From: Octopus sinensis
Taxonomy: Eukaryota
Direction of reading: 5' to 3'
DNA: 64,000 nt
Assembly (NCBI RefSeq): GCF_006345805.1
Contig: NC_043011.1
Coordinates: 9,362,001-9,426,000, forward strand
Each line of letters begins with the position of its first letter. Position 1 is the first letter of the stretch. Shown here piece after piece: positions 49,001 to 62,393 of the stretch. The notes beneath the pieces were generated by a model. The model saw nothing but the letters and a program-made list of their open reading frames with translations, did not search any database and was not told where the DNA came from. The translations under genes and the position numbers were made by a program.

Positions 49001-51398
49001 TCAACATACTTCAGTGTCCACAAAAATATTACAAAATGAGTTTCCAAGAATTAAATATTTATTTCTCTTTCACATAAACACCAAATTAATAATATAAAAA
49101 CAGAATTATTTTCCCAAATTCTCCAAGATTATTGATTATTCAGAACATTAAATACGAAGACCGTTGTTGTTGATAGATTACAAAGTGATACAACAACAGT
49201 GAAGGAATACAGTTTTATATTTTCTAAACCTGATTCTAAAATTTAATGGGGGGGGGGGGGTGAGATAGCAGAGCACCACACTAGATTCCTCATAGTATTC
49301 ACTTACATGTCTCTGACTATATTGTAAGCACAGATGCATAAAAGTAGCTGAAATATAACTGGCTCAGTAACCTCTTGCATTAGTGTTTGGCTTTGTGCCT
49401 TGTTAAAGATGTGGTTCATTAGTTAAGTATCTAATTAGTAATGATAATAAGATAATATTGCCACTTAATGAACAAATGAAAACATTCAGGAAATCTTGTT
49501 GTTCTACTCAGTCATTAATCATTTCACTCGAATGTTTACATAACTCATTTAAATGTGTGTGTGTGTGTGTGTGTGTGTGTAGTAACTATGTCCAGGGTAT
49601 GATTTAATGTACTACAAGTGTTGCAGTGTAAGAGGAAATGACTTATCTAGTTCTGGTTTGTAACATTGTGAGTTCAAATCCTGCCGAGGTCAACTTTGCC
49701 TTAAATCCTTCTGAGATTAACAAGTACGGTAAACTACTCTTCATTTGCTTCTTAATTTATCATCTAAATTATAATTTTCTACTGGAATCGGTGAACAGTA
49801 GCATTGTCATTAGGTTACAGGATTCCAACAAATCAAAAAGTGAATCACTGCATTTCTGATGGTGAGGACCATAAGGGAGTGTCTGTATCTTGGTGCAGAA
49901 AAACTGTCGTAAAGAACTTCTTTTGAAAAGCTTTTCTGGTCGATAGAAATCAGCAAAAGCAGTGTCCATTGAGTAAATTTCACTCACAAAGCATTAGTTA
50001 ACCCATTGTTTTGAGTAGAAAGCGCCTTGGGATTGAACCCAAAACCATGTAGCTGTGAGGTAACTAAACAATGGTCATCGTTAACTTCACCTTTGCTGTT
50101 TACATTGTCGTTGTCACAGTATTTATTACATAGCGATTACTTTATAATAAATAGTCTACATTGTACTTACAGCGGTTCCTATGTAGTGTTTGTGCTACAG
50201 TTGTCTTAGTATTTAGCAAGTGAAACCTCCTTTGTTACATGTGTGTCTAACTGTAAATACAATGCATGTAGAAACTCCAAAAGAGTTTCTTCATGAGACT
50301 CTGTGAGCAGAAAGTTCCATCAACTCTCCCCCCTCTTTTCTATAGAATACTTTTAACAACTACTTTAAAAATTGTTTACAAGAATTAAGTAAAGATGTTT
50401 TCTCAGAACTGAAAGTAAAAAGAATATTTCTAGATGAAGGATTAGAATCTCTTGAAACAGTGAAAGATATTAACCATAAATACTGGCAGAAACTGAGAAC
50501 AATTTAAAATGTAAATCGGAAGATTAAAGAAGAAGAAAAAAAAAAGAATTTAGGAAAATAGCAAATACATCTGGATTATAAATTCCTGCATTTTTATATT
50601 GTAAGAGTTGGTTAAAAGGATCATTTAAATTATTTTACACTTTCAATAAAAATAAAAGAAGTAACCCATAATAAAATAAATCTCATATTTTAAAGTTCCA
50701 GCATTAGTGGAACTTTGTGTAATCTTCCATTTAGTTTGAAAGTTATTTGTTAAAATTGACCACCAATCAATCTCTAAATCACCAATAAGTTAGTTTGATC
50801 ACTTTAAAAAAGATGTTGCAAGTTAATATTCAAGTGGATTCGCTAGTTTTATTATTTTCTCTCTCCCTTTTTGTGTCAGCTTTAAAGCTGCGGTCATGCT
50901 GGGGCACCACTGTTGAACTTTTGAAATAAAAACACAATAACTCTAGCCAAAAAGAATGGTGGTGGGGAGAGTGTGCGTGTGAAGAATAAGAAACATATGG
51001 CATCATTCTAAGAACATAACGGAAATAAAGAAAGACTATAAGTGTTGGAAGTGCAAGTTGTGAATTTTGAATAAACAACTAAAGGTTGCTGTTAAATTTC
51101 TGATAGCAAACTAGCTTCAGGTTAACACAGGAAACATACTTTGAAGAAAGAAATGGAAAATCAGTTATAAAATTGCAAGTGGTTATATTTGTTTCTGTTT
51201 TTGTGGTAAGAAATCTTCTTTCAATAATCTAAATGTCACGACATGCAAGTTAGTGGAGCTTGGCAGAAAAAGAATAAAATTAAGCCGAGAGTGAAACGTA
51301 TTTTCTATCTAATCGCTTTGGTAGCTTTGTACATATATACTTGCCTCCATTTTCTCGTCTGGAATACTTGTCTATATTTTCTTTCTTCGAATACTTGC

Positions 51399-51546
51399 CT
51401 GCACTCTCCTGTTTGGCTCTCTCAGAAGCTGCCGATGCCACACGACATTCTTGCAACTCTGGAGACGGTATAAGACCGGCTGGCTCCGTGGAGGGTGAGT
51501 TCCACTTTCGGGCCTGCCACCAATGAGGGTCATCTTTGTTGATTAC
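51399..51546 (-). CDS. CASK: CASK exon, SH3 C-terminal half ([14 protein letters not shown]...[27 protein letters not shown])
   Basis: Acceptor tttcag, 148 nt, ends in phase 1 at a non-canonical AG|gcaagt donor. [11 protein letters not shown] is the CASK motif. The 3' boundary is less certain than the identity. Confidence 0.9.
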
Positions 51547-51727
51547 CTGAAACACATCAAAACACACACACCTGTCAATGAAGGCAAATCTAATTATTTC
51601 AACTATCATATTAGTTATTGTAGTAATTATAAATTAGATTTCTGTGTTCAATAAAGAAGAAACCAATGTGTGAACTAGACTTTAGCAATCAGTTGCTTAA
51701 TTAATAATAATAATAATAATAATAATA

Positions 51728-51925
51728 ATCCTTTCAACTAAGGCACAAGGCCTGAAATTTTAGGAGATGGGACCTAGTCGATAACATCAACCCCACTTTA
51801 CTGGTACTTAATTTATCGACCCTGAAAGGATGAAAGGCAAAGTCAACCTCAGTGGAATTTGAACTCCAAACGTAAAGACAAATGAATTGCATTTTTGTCT
51901 GATGTGCTAATGATTCTGCTGACTT
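51728..51925 (-). mobile_element. SINE family B variant with a different 3' tail and (ATT)n end
   Basis: Family B head and core, then AAATTTCAGGCCTTGTGCCTTAGTTGAAAGG(ATT)n. Confidence 0.7.
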
Positions 51926-52510
51926 AAATAATACAACTAATTAATAATAAGTATTAAAGTCTTGATGACATCTTGTTTAGTTATTCCCATTTTGTAATAA
52001 ATGACATAATATTAGAACATCATATAATTAAGTTAATGAGAAATTGTTACAAATGTAAAATTATTTCGGAATTATTTAGTTTTTTAAAGAATCTTTGGGG
52101 TTCAGTAGATGTTAAAAACTATTGTAATGACTATTGTAAATGGTTACTGCAATGATTGTTGTAATAACTGTACTGTAAGGACTACTGTGAATGATAGTAC
52201 TACAATGGCTGTTGTAATGACCACTGCAATGATTGTCACAATGACTCAACAGAGGAAACAGATGTGTAATTATTTTTGAAGTCCATTTAAACATTTCTCA
52301 TAGAGTCTGGATTCCATTTATCTGGAAATTTACAATGTTGCATTCACTTTTAGAGATTTAATGTCACACACCAACTTGTCCCATGTTCGAATGTTGCTAT
52401 ATATTTATCTGTAGACCCCCACCCCTACAAACTAATCCTCATGTGTAAGAGCTAGATGGTTTCATACTGGAAAATAGCTAAAGAAGAGAAGGTAGAACTT
52501 ATCAATTTAC

Positions 52511-52609
52511 CTGTAATACATCTCCGATTTTGAAGGGTATTCCGGCTTGGGGGCAAGGATTTAGTTCATCGGATGTTGGATCATAATCAAACAGAGCCCG
52601 AACAAATAT
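52511..52609 (-). CDS. CASK: CASK exon, SH3 N-terminal half ([33 protein letters not shown])
   Basis: Manual translation. Acceptor ccatag, donor gtaaat, 99 nt, phase 0/0. Matches CASK IYVRAQFEYDP...IPC..AGI.F.VGDIIQ. Absent from the ORF track because it is short. Confidence 0.93.
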
Positions 52610-53458
52610 CTATGGAAATGAAAGTTGAGAAAAAAAAAGAAAAAGAAAAAAAAACAACAGATATTGATAATAATTATTAGAATTTTTTAAATAAAAAATA
52701 TTAGAAAAACTAAAGAAACAAAAACACCAAAACTTTTTTTTAAATGCACCGTTAATTAAAACAATCAATGTTCAATTAATAGCAACAATTCTCAAGCCTT
52801 CTGGAAACAATGTAAGAGTTAAGTTTAAGAATTATATTTCCCAAATTGAACATAGGTAAGTGCAGATTTTGGCAAGTGTTTCTAGCAAAGTTGGCTGACC
52901 ACATAGAAGCTACTTTCTTAGCCCGTATAACTTTTTGTTATTCCTCAGTTTTGCTTCATTTTTATGTCTGTACAGGTATGTCTTGGACAAGGCTTATTGC
53001 AATAATGTTCCATAGCCAGATGTTCTTGATATCAACCTCTACTTGCTTCCAATTAAGGTGTGTTTAATTCATATCGTCTATAAGTGGCATTAACAAATAT
53101 CCCTGCTGCTTTAATGTCTGTCAATGTGGAGACATGCATGCACGTGTGCTTACACACATACACACAAGAAAGAGACAGCCTACTGTACCGTTTTAGTTTA
53201 TTCAGTCAGGGACCATAGTAGAAGACACTTGACCAAGATGTCACAGAGTGAAATCAAACTGGAAACCATGCGGTTGTGAAGTGAACTATTTAGCTATACA
53301 TCCCCCCCCCACCACCACACACACATTGTTGAACTTTAGAGGCCAGGGTCATTTTTGTCAATAAAAAACACACTCAATGGTTCTGTTTTGCTTCTTATTA
53401 TTATTGGTCAACAAGTTAAGGACAGTGGATTGATAGCATCAAAAGAGCATCAGACATT

Positions 53459-54281
53459 TAAGGTAATATCAAAAGGCTCCTGGACTAGTTCTGTAGTGCA
53501 CCAACAGAGGGCAGCACATGGTTGCATGTGCAGCGAGAGCTAGCAGTGACCTCCATGAGGCAGTGTGCTGATTGACATAACTGTGTTTACTTTGTATTTT
53601 TGTGATCATGTCTATGCTGTAGACTGCAATCTTTGTCATGGACAGAAAATGGGAGCAAAGAACTGAGAAATTTTGCATTAAACTTGGGAAGTCTGCAACA
53701 GAGCTGTTCAGCATGCTTACGGCAGTGAGACAATAGGTTATATGCAATTGTTTCGAGTGGCATGGGTGGAAGAACATCACTGGAAGATAACGAGCAATCT
53801 GGAAGACCAGTGATGAGTGTTGTGAGAGGACAACAACATTGCTGATGTCGTTGGTCTGTGATACGGGTCTGTGCAGGCAATTCTGACATCGGCAAAGAAT
53901 TGGATTCTTCGAATGGCATCGCATGCTGTCACTGAGCTCCCCTCACATGTGAGTTTCTTGTCAAAAACAACATGGTATCACTTCCACACCTGCCCTATTC
54001 ACCAGATTTAGCACCTGTGGACTCCCATTTCTTCCCCAAGATGAAAAGGCAGCTCAAAGGTCACCGTTTTAACACCATTGTTGAGATCAAGAGCAAATCA
54101 CAGAAGGTGTTCAATTCACAGAAAACGACTTCCAGGCCCCGGATTCCAAAAGTGGGCAGGAATGCAGGGACCAGTGTATTGGTGCACAAGGGGACTGTTC
54201 TGAAGGAAATATTGAGGCTTATGTAGATAAATTATGTTTTATTAAACTTAACTTGTCCAGGAACTTTTTGATTCCACCTCG
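53459..54281 (+). mobile_element. Internally deleted mariner transposon (irritans-like)
   Basis: TIRs TAAGGTAATATCAAAAGGCTCCTGGAC and GTCCAGGAACTTTTTGATTCCACCTCG|TA. Transposase motif PYSPDLAPVDSHFFPKMKRQLKGHRF. Confidence 0.85.
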
Positions 54282-54692
54282 TAAAGTGTTAACTTTGTTG
54301 TCATCCTTTTGTGGGGGAAGGGAGTCAATTAAATATTTGACCACTCAAGTACCAAAGTTAAATAATTGTGCCTTTATTAGAAGCTATTATTGTTAGTCAA
54401 CTAGCTAATTTGCTAGTTTATTGCTTGCTTGACCAATCCTTTGCTCATTCAATTAGTCCTTTTGTTGTCATACACGACCTCACCAGTGACACCCACATTG
54501 GTTCCAAACTGGACACATTGTCATCTACTTCTTCTCTGCAATGGACTGCATGTGTTTGTCTCTGTGCTTTGCATGATAAGTGTTGAGGTGCATCAATTGT
54601 GCATGTGCCTGCATCTTGTTTCTCCTCATCTGTTTGGGTTGGGTACGTCATGGTCCAGTAGTTTCTTCCTTTATTAAGATTTCTCATATATA

Positions 54693-54731
<39 letters not shown>

Positions 54732-54760
54732 GTATACATGTGTGTGTGCGTGCATGTATA

Positions 54761-55907
54761 TTGAGTTGGCCAAAAAGTCTGTTCAGTTTTCGTCAACTCT
54801 AAATTTCAAGCACTCTGACAAGTGGCTACCTTCAGTCTGTCTCTTACACATGCATACTTGTAAGATACTCGACACTTCAATGTAGCTTGAAGCAAACTCG
54901 TAATGGGACAGGCTGTATCTTGGGCGCTTGGGGTCACCCTGGAAACGGACAACCAAAATGAATATTATTAACACTGCAAGGCTTTTTCATTTACGAAAAA
55001 AGAAGTGAGAAAGAAAGTGGCAGAATCCGGCAGGAAGGTTTGATCTGTGTTGGGAAAGGATGATGTTATGGAATGCGTGTACCAGAAGTGGTTTTCAAGA
55101 TTTTGATTCATGATGCACCTTGCTCTGGCTGGCCTACTGAGATCAACAACAACATCAACCCCTGTTGTATGATCAGGGAGATTGCAGATATTCTCCAAAT
55201 TTTCAAATTGAGTGCTGAAAAACATCTCCATCAATTTGGTTGAGTGAGATCAATGTTTGGGTCTGACATCAATTGAATGAGTTCCACCTGCAATTTGTGG
55301 CCGACACACAAAGAAAACAATCCTTTTCAGAAAAGAATGTGGGAATGGGATGAAAATGGATCATCTTTTAGAATATGAAGCACAGAGGATTATGGGGAAG
55401 TGCAGCAAACAACCTCTAAAGCAGGACTTTACCCTAAAAAGGTTATGCTTTCAATTTGGTGGTGAGCTTTGGTATAGTCTTTTGTAAGCTTCTTTCCACA
55501 GAGAAGGCTGTCAATTTGGATGAGCAAATTAAACAACCCACCAGAAGCGTCCAGCACATGTTAATCATGACAATACCAGACTGAATAGAATTTATTGAGG
55601 CTTGGTCTTTGCCATGGCTTCCAGTTTTTCCTAACCTGACATCTTCAGAGATTTCTTCCTACTTTGGTCTCTTCAAAACTCATTGGATTGACAAATCTTC
55701 ATCTTGAAGAGAATGTGAAAATTTGCCTGAAAGAATTATTTGCCTGTAAAACAAAGAAATTCTTTGAGCAAGGAATAAAGGTTCTACCCACAAGATGGCA
55801 GAGGATACTGGAATGAAGAAATGGTAATTATATCACTGATTGAATAAATCACTTTCTGCTTAAAATTTGTCTTATTTTAACTTAAAAAAATTTTGGGGCC
55901 AACCCAG
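54761..55907 (+). mobile_element. Degenerate near-full-length mariner transposon (cecropia-like)
   Basis: TA|TTGAGTTGGCCAAAAAG...GGCCAACCCAG|TA termini. Relic motifs DAPCSGWP, GLYPKKVMLSIWW, HDNTR, FFEQGIKVLPTRWQRIL. Confidence 0.85.
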
Positions 55908-56831
55908 TATAACATATATATATATATATATATGCACATACACACGTACACACACACACAGATATATATGCATATAGCTGTGTACACACATATATGTGAT
56001 GATGCCAGCATAGAAAAATCATAAAAATTGTGATGTTTATGATAATGATGATGATCATTATGACTCTGTAGCGTCTGTAATTCTATAAGCAATTACTTAT
56101 GGATTCCATTGTTTGCCATTTTGAAGACAGGTTAAAGGAAGGTTAATTGAATAGGCGAGGAATACTGTAGATGTCTAAAGACAGTCAGACATTGTGTAAC
56201 GTGAACTTGGTCAACCTGCTCCCTTTATTGTAAGCCAATCAAATTACAATTATGGGTCTATTGTTGTGGCTATTGGAATTGGTTGACATTGAACATTATG
56301 ATGATGTTATATTCATATATGTATACATTAAGTGTTTAAGTGACAACGTATATATATATATATATATAGATACATATGAGTGAAAGTGAGTACAATATGC
56401 AGAAATAGTGTAGCAGTATATATTAAAAAGACACTGAATGTATACACTCTAGGTTTCTCTATATATCTGCCCTATGCTTATATATATATTAAAAAAACAT
56501 AATAAATGCACAAACAAATGGAAAACAGACACAGGTGGTCACCAAATTCTCATCAGTTATTGACCAAAGGATCAACTCAATTCTGTACACACACACACAC
56601 ACACACACGTGTGTGGGTACAGTAAGCTTCTTCCAGTTACCATCTTATCAAATCAACTCACAAGGCTCTGGTTAACCCTGGGCTGTAGTACATGACATTT
56701 ACCCAAGGTGTCACACCATGGGACTGAACCTGAAACCACTTGATTAGCAAGCAGACTGCTTCACTATACAGCTATGCTTGTACTTTAGGCGTATGTGTCT
56801 GTATATTTACATACATGTGTGTGTATGTATA

Positions 56832-57060
56832 TATTTCTTTACTACCCACAAGGGGCTAAACATAGAGGGGACAAACAAGGACAGACAAAGGGACTAAGTC
56901 GATTACATCGACCCCAGTGTGAAACTGGTACTTTATTTATTGACTCCGAAAGGATGAAAGGCAAAGTCGAACTCGGTGGAATTTGAACTCAGAACGTAAC
57001 GACAGACGAAATACCGCTAAGCACTTCGCCCGGCATGCTAACGTTTCTGCCAGCTTGCTG
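56832..57060 (-). mobile_element. SINE family B, full length
   Basis: Near-identical to 37217-37448. Confidence 0.87.
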
Positions 57061-57601
57061 CTATGTGTGTGTATGTATAAGATCTGTGTTCTGTTTGATA
57101 GTGTATATTCACTGAAGTACAGGTGATACAGAGGCAAGAAAAACTTAGGATTCTGATATGCTGGCTATTGTCATCATCATCATCATCATCATTGTTTAAC
57201 GTCCGCTTTATATGGCACATACACACACACACACACACACACCACACACACACACAAGAGTGTGGAGCAGAGAGATGATTTAGAACTGAGTAATATACAC
57301 ATCTATGTCAGTGGTGGTTGCATTGTTACACATTCAAATTGAACAATTTAATCTGGCTGTCAGATTTCTTAAGTATTTAAATGTAACCTGCTTTTATAGG
57401 ATTAAACATACTTTGTTTATAAATTCCATTTTACCATTTTCCTTTGCTGCAGCTTAAGTTCAATGCTGCACCTAACGAGGACAGCAACATGCAACATTGC
57501 ACACTTTGTTTAATGGCATGTCACTTTCGACCGGCAGCATTAGGCTATCGGTTTCAAACATGTCATGGAAATATTTTTAAAATATTGTATACCCCACTCC
57601 T

Positions 57602-57632
<31 letters not shown>

Positions 57633-58269
57633 AAAGAAGCAAAAGTAGGGAACACATCCACTACAAAAACAAGATAGAGATTAGATTGTAGCTGAAACTT
57701 TCTTAAAATATAAACCAAGTCGATGGATTATGGCTGAGAAAATGTTTATAAAAGGAAAAACTAAAAACAAAAACAAAAACGAAAGAGGAATTTCTTGTGT
57801 TCTTGTGCAGTTTGTCTTCCTATTTCCTGATCAGTTTGTATCTTGTGTGCCATATTCCACAGTGTTTTGGTAAAATCACTTCAAAGGAATGTCAGAACCA
57901 TCAGATCTGAGGCTGGATTAAATGCAATGCCATCATAGCCTCCTTCAAAGCAAATTTGTTTTTGTTTTTTTTTGCTTCCTTTTTTCTTTTTCTTTCCTGT
58001 TTCTCTATTGAATAGAATGTCAAGTTAGGCCGTTATTTATTCCATGGCATGGACATTTGGCAATAGTGATATTATCTTTATGGAAAAAGATACATTAGAA
58101 AAATATTGGTAAATACAAGTACACACGCACACACACAGGCACATGTGTGTGTGTGTGCATTTGAGCCCCCCCCCCTATATATGTCTGTGAAGTAAAATAA
58201 GGACAACAGACAAGGTTAAACAATCAAAGCAACATATACATCTGTCTGTCTGCATGTATCTATCTATCA

Positions 58270-58562
58270 ATCTAATACATATCTTTATCTATATATATAT
58301 ATATATGTAATATATATCTCTTGTGTGTTTATATATATATCTGTATGTATGTAGCTAGATTGACATATATATATGTAATATATATATATATATATATATA
58401 TAATGCATATGTTTAATATATATGTAATAAATATCTGTGCGTGTATATATATATATATAAATAAATAAATAGATATATAATACATATCTGTTTATATATA
58501 TATGTAATACATATCTGTGTGTATATATATAATATAATATATATATATATATATATTATATG

Positions 58563-58618
<56 letters not shown>

Positions 58619-58687
58619 AATAAAAATATATATATAAATAAATAGATATATAATACAATCTCTTTATATATATATGTAATACATATC

Positions 58688-58720
<33 letters not shown>

Positions 58721-58940
58721 TACATGTATATATATATATATATATTATATATTACATATATATATATATATATATATTTTGATTTTTTGATTTTTAAAAT
58801 TCTAGTTTCAGCTCACAAGCTGTGGCCATGCTGGGGCACCGCCATTATATATATTATATATAATAATATATATATATATATATATATACATATATATATA
58901 CATATATATATATACATATATATATATAATATATATATTT
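58270..58940. repeat. TA-rich compound microsatellite containing a tail-only retroposon at 58777-58845 (-)
   Basis: Directly visible. The insert reads ATGGCGGTGCCCCAGCATGGCCACAGCTTGTGAGCTGAAACTAGA. Confidence 0.9.
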
Positions 58941-59148
58941 GCCAGCTCCGTCTGGCACCTGTGCGGATGGCACGTAAAAAGCACCCACTACATTCATGGA
59001 GTGGTTGGTGTTAGGAAGGGCATCCAGCCGTAGAAACACTGCCAGATCAGATTGGGCCTGATGCAGCCTTCTGGCTTCACAGACCCCAGTTGAACCGTCC
59101 AACCCATGCTAGCATGGAAAGCGGACGCTAAATGATGATGATGATGAT
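58938..59148 (+). mobile_element. RTE 3' terminal fragment (single hairpin unit, terminal block, (GAT)n)
   Basis: GTGCGGATGGCACGTAAAAAGCACC...GACCCCAGTTGAACCGTCCAACCCATGC. Confidence 0.85.
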
Positions 59149-59175
59149 ATATATATATATATATATATTATATAT

Positions 59176-59217
<42 letters not shown>

Positions 59218-59223
59218 ATATTA

Positions 59224-59263
<40 letters not shown>

Positions 59264-59313
59264 TATATATGTATAAATATAATTTATATGTAATATATAT
59301 ATATATATATGTA

Positions 59314-59344
<31 letters not shown>

Positions 59345-59361
59345 TTACATATTTTGGGGGG

Positions 59362-62300
59362 GTTTCAGCTCAGAGCTGCGGCTATGCTGATGCACTGCCG
59401 TTTTGTGCTACACTGTTATTACTAAAGTGCTCCTCTAATATGTAGCACTTGTGAAGAATGGAGTTTGATATAGCTACCCTCATTTGCATCTCTTACCATG
59501 AGGTAGGTTCATCTGGGACTCTCGACAGGAAGAGGTCCAGCCTTGATTTAAAAACCGCTACATCTACTTTGTGCAAGTTCCTCAGACTCTTTGGCAGAAT
59601 ATTAAAAACCTGTGGGCCCTTGAAACCCAGGCTGTTGCAGTAGCTGATCCTGAAGCGTGATGGCATTGCTGGGATCTTTGGCACTATGCAGTGTCGTCCC
59701 ATTCTAGCATTGGTGTAGCTTACAATGCCAAAATTTGGCACAATTCCTTCCAGGATCTTTTAGATATATATTACTGCATACCTCTCCCGTCTTCTCTCCA
59801 GGGAGTAGAGTCTTAGCTGTTTCAGCCTTTCCCAGTAGCTGAGCTGTTGCAAAGAGACGATCTTCTTTGTAAATCTTCTCTGGATGGCTTCAAGGTCCGC
59901 TGTTAATTTCACACTGGTGGGTGACCATAGCTGTGAGCAGTAATCCAGGCGGCTTAGGACAAATGTCCACCAGAGGACCATCATGGTTTCCTTATCTTTG
60001 GTTCTGAATGTTCTTAGGATCCATCCAGCCAGTCGTCTGCACTTTGTCACCATCCTGGTAATGTGCACTTGGAAAGAGGTATCATCACTCATGTCAATAC
60101 CCAGGTCCCTCACAGACTTAGGCTCTGGGATTGAAATTCCCTGTGGACCAGTGTACCCTGTAAGTTTAATATTCAGTTTTGGATGCTGTTAGCACAGGGC
60201 CTGGAATTTTTCAGCATTAAACTGCATATTATTATCCTCAGCCCATCTGTAGATTGAGTCCAACTCCTGCTGCAGGTGTGCAACATCGCTGGGGTTCTGT
60301 ATTTTCTGCGAGACTTTCATATCGTCTGCATAGCTTGCCAGAGTGGCTATCCGGGCACTTGAGGGCATATCTGAGAGGGCCACTATAAAAAGCAGTGGTC
60401 TCAAGACAGTGCTCTGTGGAACACCGCTCACTATTTGTGTGTTCATAGAGGTGGCTCCATTAACCACTACTGCCTGACTCCTATCTTTCAATAACTCATG
60501 TAACCACACTCCGAGTTTTCCAGCTATGCCGAGGTCATGCAGTTTGTAGCATATCATACCATGATCCACCTTGTGAAAAGCTTTTGTAAAATCAAGGTAT
60601 ATTACATCCACATTTGATTTGTTGAGTAACTGCCTCAACACCCAGTCATAATGTTGTAAGAACTGGGTCAGGCAGCTCCTACCTGGTCGAAAACCATGCT
60701 GGGTATCACTCAGCAAGTTATTTTCCTCAAGGAATGCGATTAGTTTCTTTCTGACTATCTGTTCCATGACTTTGCTGATGTGTGAAGTCAGAGAGATAGG
60801 CCTATAGTTTTTGGCATCTGCTCTACTTCCCCCTTTATGTATTGGGCATATTATTCCCTCCTTCAGCTTGCTTGGCAGTTTGCCATTTGTAAGAAAGCTC
60901 TGGAAGAGAATCTTGAGGGGTTTTGCCAGGGCATACTTACACACTTTGAGGAGGATTGCTGGGAAACCATCAGGACCAGCAGTTGAGTTTGTGTTCACTT
61001 CATCTATGGCTAGTAGTATATCTTCTTCGCTAATGTCAATGTATTCTATTGTAACTGCCTCTCTGGTTATAGGTGAGGCGGCAAAGAAGTCCACTGGTTC
61101 GTTCACTTGTCTGTGTTCCAACGGGGTGGTAAACACACTTTTGAACTGGTCATTCAGTATCACACTGATCTTAGTTGGACTGTCTGTGAGGGAGCCTTCC
61201 TTTTGGAGAAGGGGTCCTATCTCGTAGTGTACTGAGACTGTTTCTTTCGCATAATGAAAGAAAGCCTTTGGGTTTGATTTAATGTTTTTTATAACCCAGG
61301 CTTCTTTGTCTGCCTTCTCCTTCACATAGGATTGTTGCAGCCTTTTCTTGATTTCCATCAGTGTTGTTTTTAGGCGGGACGTTTCGCTACTTTTGGGATG
61401 TTGGTTGAGACGATTTGCAACCTTCGTCCGTCGTCTCATGAGAATCTTCCTGTCTCTTGGAATCTTTGTTTTGGCCTTGTGCTCTGGGACATATTTCTGG
61501 CATACAGCTTGCACTGAAGACATGAAACATTCTAGTTTCATGTCAATGTCTGGTGTAGAGAGACATTTTGGCCAGTCCTCTCTGAGGATCGCTTTTTGGA
61601 TCAATTTCCAATCTGCTTTGTGGAAGTTCAGATTGGAGAGATTTCGGGTGCTTCCTTTAGGCTGTATGTCTCTGGTCACTTTTGGACCAAACATAGACAG
61701 CTCTATTATGTTGTGATCCGAAACTGATGTCTGTGTCATTTTCACATCATGAATGATGTCCATATTGTTCATGAAGCAGAGATCCAGAATTTTATTTGCC
61801 CCAGTTGGTTTGAGTACAGCTTGCACCATGAATAAGGCATTGGTGAGGTTGAGCAGGGACTCTACCTGTGCTTGCTTGCAATGATTCATTCCTGAGAGTA
61901 TGAGACCTTCGGGCCATTTGACGTTGGGGAAGTTGAAATCACCCATAAGAAATATGGTCACATGGTGTTCCAGATTCATGAGGATTTCTTTAATTCTTGT
62001 GAGGCAGTCTTCAAACTTGCCTATGTGGTTTGGAGCATCCGGTGGGCAATATGTATTGCATATGACTATATTATGTTGTCTTATGTATACAATTAAAGTG
62101 TCACATACCGAATTTGAGTATGATCAGTAAGACCTGGGGTGTGAGGTCATCCCGGATGTATACAGCAACTCCACCATGGCTCCTTTCCCTTCTGTCTGTT
62201 CGTAGTATGGCATAGTTTGGTACATGTACTTCTGCGTCCTCTATATCAGGGCTGAGGTGAGTTTCCACGAGTTCTATACATAGGGCTTGATTGCATGCAG

Positions 62301-62393
62301 TAAGATCTCCCAGGAAAGAAATTTTGTTTTTATTTTGATGCAAAAGGTCCCCCAATATTTACTAAAAGTATTAAGGTGACGGCTGTGCAGGCG
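59362..62393 (-). mobile_element. CR1/L2-like LINE, near-complete but disrupted ORF2 (APE endonuclease + reverse transcriptase)
   Basis: APE motifs VETHL, GGVAVY, GDFN, LDLCF, SDHN. RT motifs GPDG, NYRPISLTS, QHGFRPGRSC, YLDFTKAF, GVPQ, YADD. Frameshift near 62100, in-frame stops at 60189, 59760 and 59493. Same family as 1402-2356. Confidence 0.96.

Noticed and set aside
60811-62130. Plus-strand ORFs 60811-61227, 61348-61716 and 61900-62130
   Set aside because: Antisense shadows of the LINE ORF2.
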